From Macrostomum lignano (Eukaryota), in contig NIVC01000667.1 of NCBI GenBank assembly GCA_002269645.1, forward strand, positions 310,001-374,000: a stretch of DNA of 64,000 bases. The letters run 5' to 3'. Every line of letters begins with the position of its first letter. Position 1 is the stretch's first letter. The position numbers and the translations under genes are program-made. The notes under the pieces were generated by a model. That model was given only the letters and a program-made list of their open reading frames with translations. It was not told the DNA's origin and made no database searches. Of this stretch, positions 12,819 to 24,825 are shown piece after piece.

Positions 12819-14732
12819 ATCTATCTATCTATCCATCTATCTATCTATCTGTATAACTAGCTACACAAGCTACAGTCATCAGCTTACTGTGTCTGGCAGC
12901 TCGCAGGTTCCGGAGCACCTGCTCAAGGAACGGGTGCCGTCTAACGCACCCAATAGCGGAGTTCATCACTGCAAAGTCAACACCATGCAATATCCTGCTC
13001 TGCTCAGGTCTTTCCTGATCGAAGAAGCAGGTTTCCTTGGAGACTAGCGAGTCCATTGGTCTCAAACAGTGCACGTCCATGTCAAGGTACACTCCTGCAA
13101 AAAAAGTTGATGTCGCAGAATTCTCTAAATATGATTGTGCAAAATTGCTTTAACACCATGCCATTCAACACCTGATTGAAGCGGGAAATCTGAAGCATGC
13201 CTACGTTCTTTAAAGTTTCAGGATCCACACTGTCACACGTTTCAGTATTCAAAGGGTCACACGCTTCAACATCGAAAGAATCAAACGCTTCAGTATCGAA
13301 AGGGTCACATGCACACTTCAGTATCGAAAGGGTCACACACTCCAGTATCGAAAGGGTCACACACTTCAGTGTCGAAAGGGTCACACACTCCAGTATCGAA
13401 AGGGTCACACGCTTCAGTATCGAAAGGGTCTCACACACTTCAGTATCGAAAGGGTCACACACTCCAGTATCGAAAGGGTCACACGCTTCAGTATCGAAAG
13501 GGTCACACACTTCAGTATCGAAAGGGTCACACGCTTCAGTATCGAAAGGGTCTCACACACTTCAGTATCGAAAGGGTCACACACTCCAGTATCGAAAGGG
13601 TCACACACTTCAGTGTCGAAAGGGTCACACACTCCAGTATCGAAAGGGTCACACGTTTCAGTATCGAAAGGGTCTCACACACTTCAGTATCGAAAGGGTC
13701 ACACACTCCAGTATCGAAAGGGTCACACGCTTCAGTATCGAAAGGGTCACACACTTCAGTATCGAAAGGGTCACACGCTTCAGTATCGAAAGGGTCTCAC
13801 ACACTTCAGTATCGAAAGGGTCACACACTCCAGTATCGAAAGGGTCACACGCTTCAGTATCGAAAGGGTCACACACTTCAGTATCGAAAGGGTCACACGC
13901 TTCAGTATCGAAAGGGTCACACACTTCAGTGTCGAAAGGGTCACACACTTCAGTATCCAAAGAGTCACACGCTTCAGTACCCAAAGGGTCACACGCTTCA
14001 GTATCGAAAGGGTCTCACACACTTCAGTATCGAAAGGGTCACACGCTTCAGTATCGAAAGGGTCACACACTTCAGTATCGAAAGGGTCTCACACTTCAGT
14101 ATCGAAAGGGTCACACGCTTCAGTATCGAAAGGGTCACACGCTTCAGTACCCAAAGGGTCACCGCTTCAGTTTGCAATTCTGAGCAGCCGTTACCTCCAA
14201 ATTGATGCAGAATGAAGTAGCGCAAAGCGTCAGACCTCTGCAGCGGCTGTTTGTAACTATTGAACAGACCAATGAACTGGGCGTAGTGAGTCCGCATAAA
14301 CTGCTTGGCGTCTTCGTCCGTCCACAGCATGTAGGAAAACTGAGGATTCAGTCGCAGACAGGCCGAAATTGAGGCTCGGTAATCCACTGGCAGCTTATCA
14401 GATGAGTAAATCTGGTGCAGAAGCGGCGGGATTCTGTTCCCACATCCCGACCTGCTCAGATTTCTAATCCTCATCGGCAAAAGTCCCTCCTCCAGCCTGA
14501 TAATATCGCCGATTTTTCTTTCAACAATCGGATCGTCGGAAAATCCGCTGTCGATATTGTCGTAGCCAAACCAATTCCGGCCGGCTGTGACAAAGTAGAT
14601 CCCGCCCTCAGTGCCGTTCAGAATCTGGACAAGAATAACAATTAGAATTAGTAGGCAGCACAGCGCGGCACTGAAGTTGGCTGAAAGACTTCCCAAACTG
14701 CGTTTCCGTCGGCTCTTTTGCGATGATGACAT
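12036..14732 (-). CDS. GT32-family (DXD sugar-binding; MIPC-synthase/OCH1-like) type II membrane glycosyltransferase, about 410 aa
   Basis: Exons 14732-14195, 13094-12888, 12641-12480, 12361-12036; all GT-AG, all phase 1, 1233 nt. N-terminal TM; IPPLLHQIY...[11 protein letters not shown]...[16 protein letters not shown]|VYLDMD; MNSAIG...HPF; RTTGPLYLT. Confidence 0.9.
12668..12850. repeat. (TCTA)n microsatellite in GT32 intron 2
   Basis: Direct reading. Confidence 0.97.
13230..14170. repeat. 24-bp minisatellite (CTTCAGTATCGAAAGGGTCACACA) with 26-bp variants, in GT32 intron 1
   Basis: About 38 units. Confidence 0.97.
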
Positions 14733-15448
14733 TTCGAGTCTGGGCTAATGCATGCGGCCCGCCAGTTTAACTCTCACGGCTGCATTTATCCTCATTGTTG
14801 AAAGGAGACGGGCCCTATAAATAGATTTCCTTCCTCTGTAACCAATTGGATTCCGGGACAAGAATAAAACAGGTGTGACAGCTATTGATATCTAGCTGCA
14901 ATAAACCTGTTAGGCCTTAACTCTCTTAGTGCCAGGGTGGCAGTCTGTTTTAAGCCTGCATGGCTCTCCCAATCCTCCCTGAGGCACAACCCCCTCTCTC
15001 TCTCTCCATCTCAATATAGTTGTGTGCCAACTTTGCCCACCCTCCCTCCCCCTAGCCACAGCAACCGTTTCGCCCAGTTCTGACTGCAGTCTCAGCTCCC
15101 TGGCCTGGCCAGCGAGTGCGTGCTATTTTTAGACCACAGGCTGCCCTCGCCATCTGCCAGTGACGGACAGCTGGCTCCCTTATAGCTCCCTCAGGCGCAC
15201 ACAAGCATCATGCACAGCCCGCGAGTTCTGGACAGCAGCCTGCTGTTTCTTTCGCTTTTTCACTGCATCATCAGAGCTGCGCGCAGGGGAACATTTCTGT
15301 TCCCCCGGTTGCCTGCTGAAACTCCCCAACTCTTCATTTCACTCTGCCTTTGATTTTTTCTGCTTGCAATATGAGTGCTGCATATGCCTCAGCTCTGCCA
15401 AAATCGATAAAGCCTTTGGTTTGCAACTCGAGTCATTGCTATCAACTC

Positions 15449-15703
<255 letters not shown>

Positions 15704-16749
15704 GTCAAACCAGTTGAACTAGGGCTCAACGTACACCTGACCACTGCCAGCAATATATTTGCTTGAACTGGGGAGCTCAGAGCTCAAGTAGGCACCAGAA
15801 AGTTTTTTGCTTCCTTTTATGCATGTCTTAGGTTGAATTCATCGACCCATTTTTTTCTCTAGTAGTGGCTGTGGATCTTGAATGAAAAAGGATAATTGAT
15901 CAAAGTCCTTTTAACCTGCGTGTATAACTGCACAAATAAAAAACGGCTTCAACATACGGTGAGTTGGGAATTTTAATAAATTCTCAAGTAACGATATGTT
16001 TTCCACAGTCCATCACACAACTGCACATGCCATGCATACATGTATGTGCACTCTAAAGCAGTTTGTACATTATACATGCATTACGACGAGAGAGAACCTT
16101 AATTGCATGATCGATGGAGTTTGCTACAGTGTATAACTTTTTATTGTATAACTGTGTGCATTACTGAAGTACTAATCTTGGAGCAATACATCGTAAATAG
16201 TCACTTACAGATCGATGATACATACTATACATGTACTTACTATTAAGTCGAAATCAAACTTTGTGTATGTAAATTCGTGATTCATTAATCCATTAAAATA
16301 CTGCAGTACTTCGAATGTTTTGCGGATATACAGACAACGTTAGCTTAAATAAGTCCTTTTGCTTTATTAATTGTGCAAGAAACGTAATGATTTTCACCTT
16401 GAAAATTTTCAAAACCAATCCTATACATGTAGGTGCAAATGCATGTTAAATGTATGCACCTTGTTTTTCCACCAAGCAAACATCAGGAAACTATTTGCAT
16501 CCAGACCAAGACTATAAAGAACACGACGCGTGTTGACTAAACATGTAAGTGTGCACTGCTATCAGGTGTAGCTATACATGTGGAAATATATAATACATGT
16601 TACACAAAAATGATGCGGGTATTCTGAAACTTTTTCATCGGGGAAAATTTCTCGGATTTTTATTTACATAGTATTATATGTTAGCATTTTTGCTGCTCCA
16701 ACAATTTCTCTCTATCGTGTTTGGCAGACGGAATTGTGGATAGGCTACT

Positions 16750-17085
16750 GGGTCGCCATCATAAACTCGAAAAATCACAACTCCGAAATCACTTTCCATC
16801 ATAAACCCGAGATATCACAAACCCGAAAATATCACTGCACAAACCTGAAATATGATAACTCCGAAAGTGTTAGCAACGCCCATCATAAACCCGAAATATC
16901 ATAACTCCGAAAACCGAAATAGTGTTGGACATTGCTAAAACTTTCGGAGTTATGATATTTCGGGTTTGTGATATTTCGGTTTTATGATGTGCGTTGCTAC
17001 CAATTCCGGAGTTATGATGTTTCGGGTTTATGATGGAAAGCGCTTTTCGGAGTTGTGATTTTTCGGGTTTGTGATGCCCCCCCCC
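16750..17085. mobile_element. Foldback-type non-autonomous DNA element (GGG...CCC ends, 8-bp TSD), possibly Merlin-like
   Basis: TSD AGGCTACT (16742-16749, 17086-17093). The arms are imperfect inverted arrays of about 16-bp ATCA[T/C]AA[A/C][C/T]CCGAAA units. Confidence 0.8.
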
Positions 17086-17305
17086 AGGCTACTTACATTG
17101 CAGGGAATACATGAGCAAAATAATTTAAGCGATCAGATTACTGAAAAAAAAATTTTCTTGGTAAAACGGTAAATTTTTTTTTGCATAAATACTTCTTTTA
17201 GAAATTGCTTACCCATAGCTTTTTATTTAAATAGGCTAAATAATTCTTTGTATTTAAATTTGGTTATTCTTCGAAATCGATGTTAAATGTACACTCATCT
17301 TTGCA

Positions 17306-17342
17306 CTAGTATTCTAGTAACCGCAACCGGTGCGGTTGCGGT
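17306..17342 (-). mobile_element. Probable Helitron 3' terminus
   Basis: Perfect hairpin ACCGCAACCG-gtg-CGGTTGCGGT (17320-17342); on the minus strand a 10-nt spacer, then CTAG followed by T. The 5' end was not located. Confidence 0.45.
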
Positions 17343-17344
17343 AT

Positions 17345-17534
17345 CAGGTACGGATCCAGAAAATTTTGAACAGGGGGCGCAGATTACTAAGTTACATGTA
17401 TATGTTTATTATGTACATGTATATCTATGCGATAATGTGTATTCTTCATATAAAAATATAATAAAATTTAAACTTAACGGGGGGCGCCGCCGTGCCGGGC
17501 GCGCCCTGTGCGCCACCCCTTAAATCTGCCACTC
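17345..17534. mobile_element. Degenerate hAT-like MITE
   Basis: 8-bp direct repeat TGCGGTAT (17337-17344, 17535-17542). The ends CAGGTACGGATCC / AAATCTGCCACTC are only loosely complementary; subterminal GGGGGCGC blocks. Confidence 0.5.
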
Positions 17535-18228
17535 TGCGGTATCATCAATTATTATGCCTCGTTAGCAATGATAAGCCTAGAGAGGCATTTGTTTAAGTCA
17601 CTAATTTGAGATATTCACTAAATATTTTAGCAGCTTGTAAACAACTCGAATAGGTAGGGCCTAGCAGAAGTTCAGGACTGCACTGCACGTTGTGATTTGT
17701 GACATTGCTAACTAAACATTACATATCTTAATCTAGAACCTCGACACAACTAACATGGTCAGATGGTGTATGCTAGTATTTCAAGTAAAAAGTTGGCTTA
17801 TCTTTACGTACGTGTTACCTATGCAACCTAATTTACAATTACATTACATACTATGTAAAATACACAGAGTTACCTAAAAAATTATTCCTGGACTAGAGTA
17901 GGCCCTAGATATTATATAATGTAACAGTCTAAATGTAGGACATAATAAAAATTCAAATTAGTTCAAAAGAGTTTTTGAAGTCCTGATTTATATTTATTTG
18001 ATTAGTTGACTTTTTGATTAAGCCTAGGCCCCTGCCCTAGTTATTAGTAGATCAGTATTAATTAGTTGAATGAAACATGATGTTAAAGCACATTCATAAT
18101 TAATATGTATGTATTTCAAAATTTATACCACATTTGAATCCATGTAATATGCATCAAAATATAGAGTATACTAACTATATTGTACATATGTATACCCAAG
18201 TATATTTAATAATAATAATACTATTAGG

Positions 18229-18970
18229 TAGTGATGGATCAAAATTATTTTTCAAATCAAAATTGAAATCAAAATTTTCGGTTCCTTAGAATAAAAATTG
18301 AAATCATAATCAAAATTGAAATTTTTTGAGCTTAACAAATTTTTACTTTTTCGCTAATCATGCAAAAAGGTTAACACCTTGCCTCTGCATGTATGAGCTT
18401 ACATGTTTTATAAAAAGTATCTTTGATATGTTTAAACCAGAATACTTAAGATTTAACTTACTTTAAAAATACAAAATAGAAAATGCTGGTGTATTATGTA
18501 CTACACTCATACATAGAGATACAGTAGAAGTTGTATTATACTTCACTGCTGTTTAAGCTGAAGATCTAGATACGAGTAGCCTATATCCATTTCATTAAGG
18601 CTTTAAGTCTTTAGCCAATTAAAATCCACGCTGATGAGTTTAGCCAATGGGCTTGTGGAGGTTGAGGTGGGCGCAGCACAAGGCCTGGAACAGTGTGTGC
18701 CCCGCACAATCTTTTCTTGTAGGCCATAGAAAAGGCAATTTTCACCTCCCCACTGAGTTTTTGAACCACGCTTCCTTTAACTTCCTATAGATTTTCTTAC
18801 TCGTGTAGCATGATCACCAATGTCTAAATTGTTAAAATATAACCAAAATTTCAAAATGATTTTCAATGAATAGTGTCAAAATTCAAAATTGAAATTGAAG
18901 TTATTTCAATGCAAAATTAGTTTTGAAATTCGGAATATTGAAATTGAAATCCAATTTCGATCCATCACTA
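18229..18970. mobile_element. hAT-type MITE, 742 bp
   Basis: TIR TAGTGATGGATC[A/G]AAATT (17/18 match); 8-bp TSD CTATTAGG (18221-18228, 18971-18978); subterminal AAATTGAAAT repeats. Confidence 0.9.
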
Positions 18971-21004
18971 CTATTAGGCCTAGGTCTATCTACACTACAA
19001 GGCTTGTATTAGGCCTATAGGGTTCTAGTCACTGCATCTGCCATCAACTCATCTGCTACCAACTTATCTATTATTATTAATACAATGGTTATTTAAATAA
19101 ATTATACATTTTATAATCTCAGCTATAAATTTAAGGTTTAAGCTGAAAGTATGATTGAAGCTTATAAAAACTGATAAATAATAAATAGTTATATAAAAAA
19201 ACATCTAATAAATTCTTAGATTTTGAAGATTAAAATAAGAGTATATATATATATATAAATATAAAAAAATTTAAAAATTTATTGTCAAATGATATATTAT
19301 GTCTAGCTATTGCAAAATTACTTACCCTATCCTCATTTTTGGGTATGTTATCTAGGCTCACTTAGCAAAACTTGGTTACCAAGTACAAGTATACTCAAAG
19401 AAGGCTGTTAGCTACCTATTGCTAGTTTTGCAATTCTGCTAATTGAACTAACCAAGCCAAAGAATCATGCCAAGCAACAAAAAGTTTCTTTTTGTTGGTA
19501 CCAATATATAGGTCATTCGAACCCATCTAGCTATCCCACTTAAACTCCCTGACCCTTAAATAACATGATCAACTTATGCTTGATATATCAGTAGTTTGAC
19601 TATCACATATGAGCCAAGATTGTTTTTTTAGCTTAGTGATTTAAAGTATAGTGCCAATGTGCAGAAGCTACAACTATCTATGAATGGCAAAGATTAGGTA
19701 TTGCTTGTAAGTCCTTGGTAGGCCCTAAAAAATTGGCATACAAAAAATTGAATGGAAGAGCATCCCACTAAAGCTTAAAGCTTAGGTCTCTAGTGCTATG
19801 GTTGCATTTCCTAGTCAGCTTGTTTGTGAACTCTAACAAGCTGAAACACTCTAAGTGCACCTTTAGATATTGGGGCACCTAGATGAAGAAGTTCAGCCTC
19901 TGTAATCTACTTCAAGATTGAATTTTCACTTCTTTGCATCTTACTGGACCTCATGCTAGAGTGTACACTTATTGCCAGCATCCTTGTAAATAGCATACAT
20001 AAGCCTGCTGCACATTAAAAATGCCACCTGGAGACTACATGACCAAGCAATTGCACTTCATGGCTTTGTTGCATATAGCACACTTCCAATATCTGTTTCT
20101 ACCCTTGCCTCCATTTTGACCTATGAGATATCCTTGAGGGGATTCCAGCTAGTCAGAGCCAATGGATAGACTTCAAAGTATATCCATTTTCCCTCTATTT
20201 TTGTGGCCTTACCTTTGAGGGCTACACAGAAATAAATGAAAATTGTCATTCTACCAAACACTTAACTAGCATTTGAACTCTATATTTTTAGGTAAAATAA
20301 TTTATAGTTACATTTTGGTTAGGGTTTAAGTTAGGTTTTAGGTTAGGTTATTAGGTTAGGTTATTAGGGTTGGAGTAAGAATTAAGGCTAAGAACATAGT
20401 TCATGTTAGTCAATTATTCCACATATATGTCCATATTTAGCAAAATTCAAATCAATGTTTTCAATGGAAAGGCCAAAATAGGTACTTGATTTTCTAGGAA
20501 ATCAATGGGTAGCACAATTTAAATGGATGGTGCATGAGATGGCCAAGGCTAGCTCAGAGGTTGCTGTGAACCCTGTGAACAAGCTGCCAAAAATCCCAAA
20601 AAGGGACAATTTTCTGGACTATTGGTTAGGGCTAGGGTTAGGAAGAGTTTTCTTAAAACATTTCATATGCATAATCTTTGACTAAAATTGCAACTTTAAC
20701 CCTGCTTAAAAGAATTAAGAAATCTTAAAATCTTAGTTAAATTTTGTACAATAAAATATAAGGGTAATATTATTATGTATATATATAAGTTTGAACTATT
20801 TACTATTTGTAAGTGATTTAAACCATTTTAAAGACATTTAACAAGTGTATAAAAAGTTTGATATTAATATTGTTAGACAAAGACAAACACTTGTTATAGT
20901 CATTGTTTAGATTTTATTTTGTTAGAGGCAGACAAATTTTATTTGTACAATTTTGCAAAAAATAACTATTTTCAATTATTGCACATTTTGCATGTTCAAA
21001 AACA

Positions 21005-23025
21005 ATGTTCCGCATCAACACTTTGCTAAAGCTTGCCCTCACTCTGCTCGCATTTGCCTTGAGTGCCTTCTTACTGAGCAATGGATTTCCCCCTAGCAAC
21101 AATCGCAACACCCCCGCCGCAGTGCCCGAAGCTCACCCCGAGCACTTTCTCAGCGCTCCATCCGATGCCTCATCGTCCAGCATCAAAGATATTGAAACTT
21201 TGAAACGGCGCGTGTCCGCTTTAGAGAAGCGCCAATTTCCAACTGTGGCGCGCCTGGATTGGCGCCAGCGCAAGCGCATATTGATCACCGGTGGCGCCGG
21301 TTTTGTTGGCAGCCACCTGGCTGATGCCCTGCTGCGCGCCGGGCATACAGTTATTGTGGCCGACAATTTTTTCACTGGCAGGCGGGACAACATTGAGCAC
21401 TGGATTGGCCACGCCAACTTTGAATTGCTGCATCACGACATCGTTAATCCGCTGTTTATTGAGGCGAGTCTGAGTCCAGCTTGTTGTAATGCTCTGAATA
21501 CGAATCCTAATCCCCCCGAATACGAATCCTATTCCCTCTGAATACGAATCCTAATCCCCCCCGAATACGAATCCTAATCCCCCCTGAATACGAATCCTGA
21601 TTCCCCCGAATACGAATCCTGATTCCCCCCGAATACGAATCCTAATTCTCTCACCTGGTTAAAAATTTAAAGGTGCGAATTCCCTATTCTAATCCGAACC
21701 CTTATCCTAATCCTAGTCTATGCTCTAATCATATTCCTAATCCGAACCCTTATCCTAATCCCAGGTGGACCAGATCTACCACCTGGCCTCTCCCGCCAGC
21801 CCGCCAAACTACCAGCTGAACCCGGTGAAGACTTTAAAAACCAACCTAGTCGGCACCATCAACATGCTCGGCCTGGCTAAGCGGACCCGAGCTCGACTCC
21901 TCCTGGCTAGCACCTCGGAGGTCTACGGAGACCCCGAGAAGCACCCTCAATCGGAGGACTACTGGGGCAACGTGAACCCGATCGGGCCCAGATCCTGCTA
22001 CGACGAGGGGAAGAGAGCTGCCGAGGCTCTGTGTTACGCTTATAAACGGTGAGATGGGGAGTTGAATTATGAATATAGCATATCCTTTAGCTTTAGTTGT
22101 AGCTTATATTCTTTCTGCCGCGGTATGTTCTTATAACTTCCCATATGCTCCCAGAGCCCTATTTTCCCAGATTCCCTGTTCTCCCAGATATCCTGTTCTC
22201 TCAGATCCCATATTCTCCCAGATCCTCTATTCTCAGATCCTATATTCTCCCAGATATCCTGTTCTCTCAGATCCCATATTCTCCCAGATCCTCTATTCTC
22301 AGATCCCATATTCTCCCAGATATCATATTCTCCCAGATCCCATATTCTCTCAGATCCCATACTCTCCCAAATCCCCTATTATCTCACATCCATGATTATC
22401 CAAGATCCCATATTTAACAAATCCCCGATATCCCAATCGTAAATTAGTCCATATCCTTCCAGGTTTTTAGTCGATCCCCTTATCATCCCAGCTGCCCAGA
22501 TACCGCATAGCAACCGAAACTCGAACCCACCCAACTCGCCATTGCAGCCGCAGCAACGTGGACATTCGAGTGGCTCGAATCTTCAACACCTACGGTCCCC
22601 GGATGCAGATGAACGACGGTCGGGTTGTGAGCAACTTCATCCTTCAGGCGCTGCGAGGCCAGCCTCTCACGGTCTACGGTGAGGGGGACCAGACCCGGTC
22701 GTTCCAGTTTGTCACCGACCTGGTCTCGGGCCTCATAGCCCTGATGGCTAGCAACTACTCTCAGCCTGTCAATCTGGGCAATCCGGACGAGCACACGATC
22801 GGCGAGTTCGCTCGGACAGTTTTATCGCTGGCCAACTCCAGTGCACCTGTCCACCGACTGCAGCCGGCTAAGGACGATCCGCATAGGCGTAAGCCTGACA
22901 TCTCCGTTGCTAAGCGAGAGCTTGCCTGGCAACCAACCGTATTGTTGCGCGATGGACTATTGCAGACCATACACTATTTTAGGCACAGATTGAGTGTGGA
23001 CGAGAAGCCGCAGAATGAACTGTGA
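21005..23025 (+). CDS. UXS1: UDP-glucuronate decarboxylase (UDP-xylose synthase 1), about 406 aa
   Basis: Exons 21005-21463, 21765-22048, 22548-23025 (1221 nt). Signal anchor; [15 protein letters not shown]; [12 protein letters not shown]; STSEVYGDP; CYDEGKR; [10 protein letters not shown]. Intron 1 needs a GC donor. Confidence 0.96.
21495..21650. repeat. About 22-bp repeat (GAATACGAATCCTAATCCCCCC) in UXS1 intron 1
   Basis: About 7 units. Confidence 0.85.
22150..22460. repeat. Degenerate CAGATCCCATATTCTCC-type repeat in UXS1 intron 2
   Basis: Direct reading. Confidence 0.85.
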
Positions 23026-23142
23026 AATTTATAGCAGTCCTTGGTCGCGTAAACTTCTAGCAATCCATGTTTCTTTATTTTAGTAATCCATGATTCACAA
23101 ATTTAGCGGTCTTTGTGCCCTCTTTTCTGTTAGCTTAGATTA

Positions 23143-23615
23143 AGCAGTCCTTGGTTTGTTAATTTAGCAGTCCTTGGTTTGTTAATTTAGCAGTCCTTGG
23201 TTTGTTAATTTAGCAGTCCTTGGTTTGTTAATTTAGCAGTCCTTGGTTTGTTAATCTACCAGTCCTTGGTTTGTTAATTTAGCAGTCCTTGGTTTGTTAA
23301 TTTAGCAGTCCTTGGTTTGTTAATTTAGCAGTCCTTGGTTTGTTAATTTAGCAGTCCTTGGTTTGTTAATTTAGCAGTCCTTGGTTTGTTAATTTAGCAG
23401 TCCTTGGTTTGTTAATTTAGCAGTCCTTGGTTTGTTAATTTAGCAGTCCTTGGTTTGTTAATCTACCAGTCCTTGGTTTGTTAATTTAGCAGTCCTTGGT
23501 TTGTTAATTTGGCAGTCCTTGGTTTGTTAATCTAGCAGTCCTTGGCTTGTTAATTTAGCAGTCCTTGGTTTGTTAATCTAGCAGTCCTTGGTCTGCTAAT
23601 CTAACACTCCTTGGT
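23143..23615. repeat. 23-bp minisatellite (TTAGCAGTCCTTGGTTTGTTAAT) after the UXS1 stop, probably in the 3' UTR
   Basis: About 20 units; AATAAA follows at 23636. Confidence 0.96.
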
Positions 23616-24134
23616 GAGTCAGAATGGTGAGTATAAATAAAAAATGTTGTTCTTCTGGTAATAATTTTTTTGATACAAAGGGGCTGTTCTAGAGTTTTTG
23701 CTGAGCATTTTCATTATGCTTTTGTTATCATCATGTAATCTGCTTTATCTTTTCCGCTTCTTTCTGTCTGCCTTCTCTTTTGGTGCATTGCGATTTTCAA
23801 TGTTTGTGTCTCGGTCTGTCCGTTTTTTATTTTCAAGCTACTTAAAGTAATGTGTCTATTCTTGAGCCTATATTTGGATATCAGTTCTGTCTGTTGCCTT
23901 TCTTACCTAGATGTACTTATTATGCTTTGTCTAGACTTATGGTAGGAGCGAGTGGATTCTTTTTGTGTTCAGATTTTGTTTCAATATTTAAACTGTAAAT
24001 ATATTATCTATTGAGACTGTCATACAACTGAAAGTACAACTTAGGTCGCAGAGTTTTAGAAATTGCTGTTACTTATTGATGAGATGCTTACAATATTTGC
24101 TATTGTGAATTGAAAAACGGTTGTGAGTGAATAC

Positions 24135-24685
24135 TGGCTTTAGAGATTGCTCAGGCTGATGAGGCATTAGGGATGCTGGCTCTAGAGATTGCTCAGGCTG
24201 ATGAGGCATTAGGGATGCTGGCTCTAGAGATTGCTCAGGCTGATGAGGCATTAGGGATGCTGGCTCTAGAGATTGCTCAGGCTGATGAGGCATTAGGGAT
24301 GCTGGCTCTAGAGATTGCTCAGGCTGATGAGGCATTAGGGATGCTGGCTCTAGAGATTGCTCAGGCTAATGAGGCATTAGGGATGCTGGCTCTAGAGATT
24401 GCTCAGGCTGATGAGGCATTAGGGATGCTGGCTCTAGAGATTGCTCAGGCTGATGAGGCATTAGGGATGCTGGCTCTAGAGATTGCTCAGGCTGATGAGG
24501 CATTATGGATGCTGGCTTTAGAGATTGTTCAGGCTGATGAGGCATTAGGGATGCTGGCTCTAGAGATTGCTCAGGTTGATGAGGCGTTATGGATGCTGGC
24601 TCTAGAGATTGCTCAGACTGATGAGGGATTAGGGATGCTGACTTTAGAGATTGCTCAGGCTGATGAGGCATTAGGGATGCTGGCT
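24135..24685. repeat. 42-bp minisatellite upstream of the TMEM94 start
   Basis: About 13 units; translates as (MLALEIAQADEALG)n by chance. Confidence 0.96.
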
Positions 24686-24825
24686 TCAACTGCACAAATT
24701 GATGGGGCACTGGTATTACGAGTAGAGTGCTCAGACTTATGGAGGCTGGAAGATAAGAGTGCTCAGATCGATGCAGCTCCATCTTCAACTTGCAGTCAGC
24801 CGGGCCACCCGCCGCCGACTCCGAC

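Noticed and set aside
13082-14215. Overlapping ORFs of 70-330 aa in several frames
   Set aside because: 24-bp repeat within GT32 intron 1.
12036-14732. Bacterial or fungal contamination explaining GT32 or the DUF21-CBS gene
   Set aside because: Both have GT-AG introns containing host-style repeats and are contiguous with clearly animal genes.
14905-14935. TTAA-CTCTCTTAGTGCC as a piggyBac/Kolobok-type terminus
   Set aside because: No matching inverted end found.
20325-20645. Interstitial telomere
   Set aside because: Only a few degenerate TTAGG(G) units; too short to support the call.
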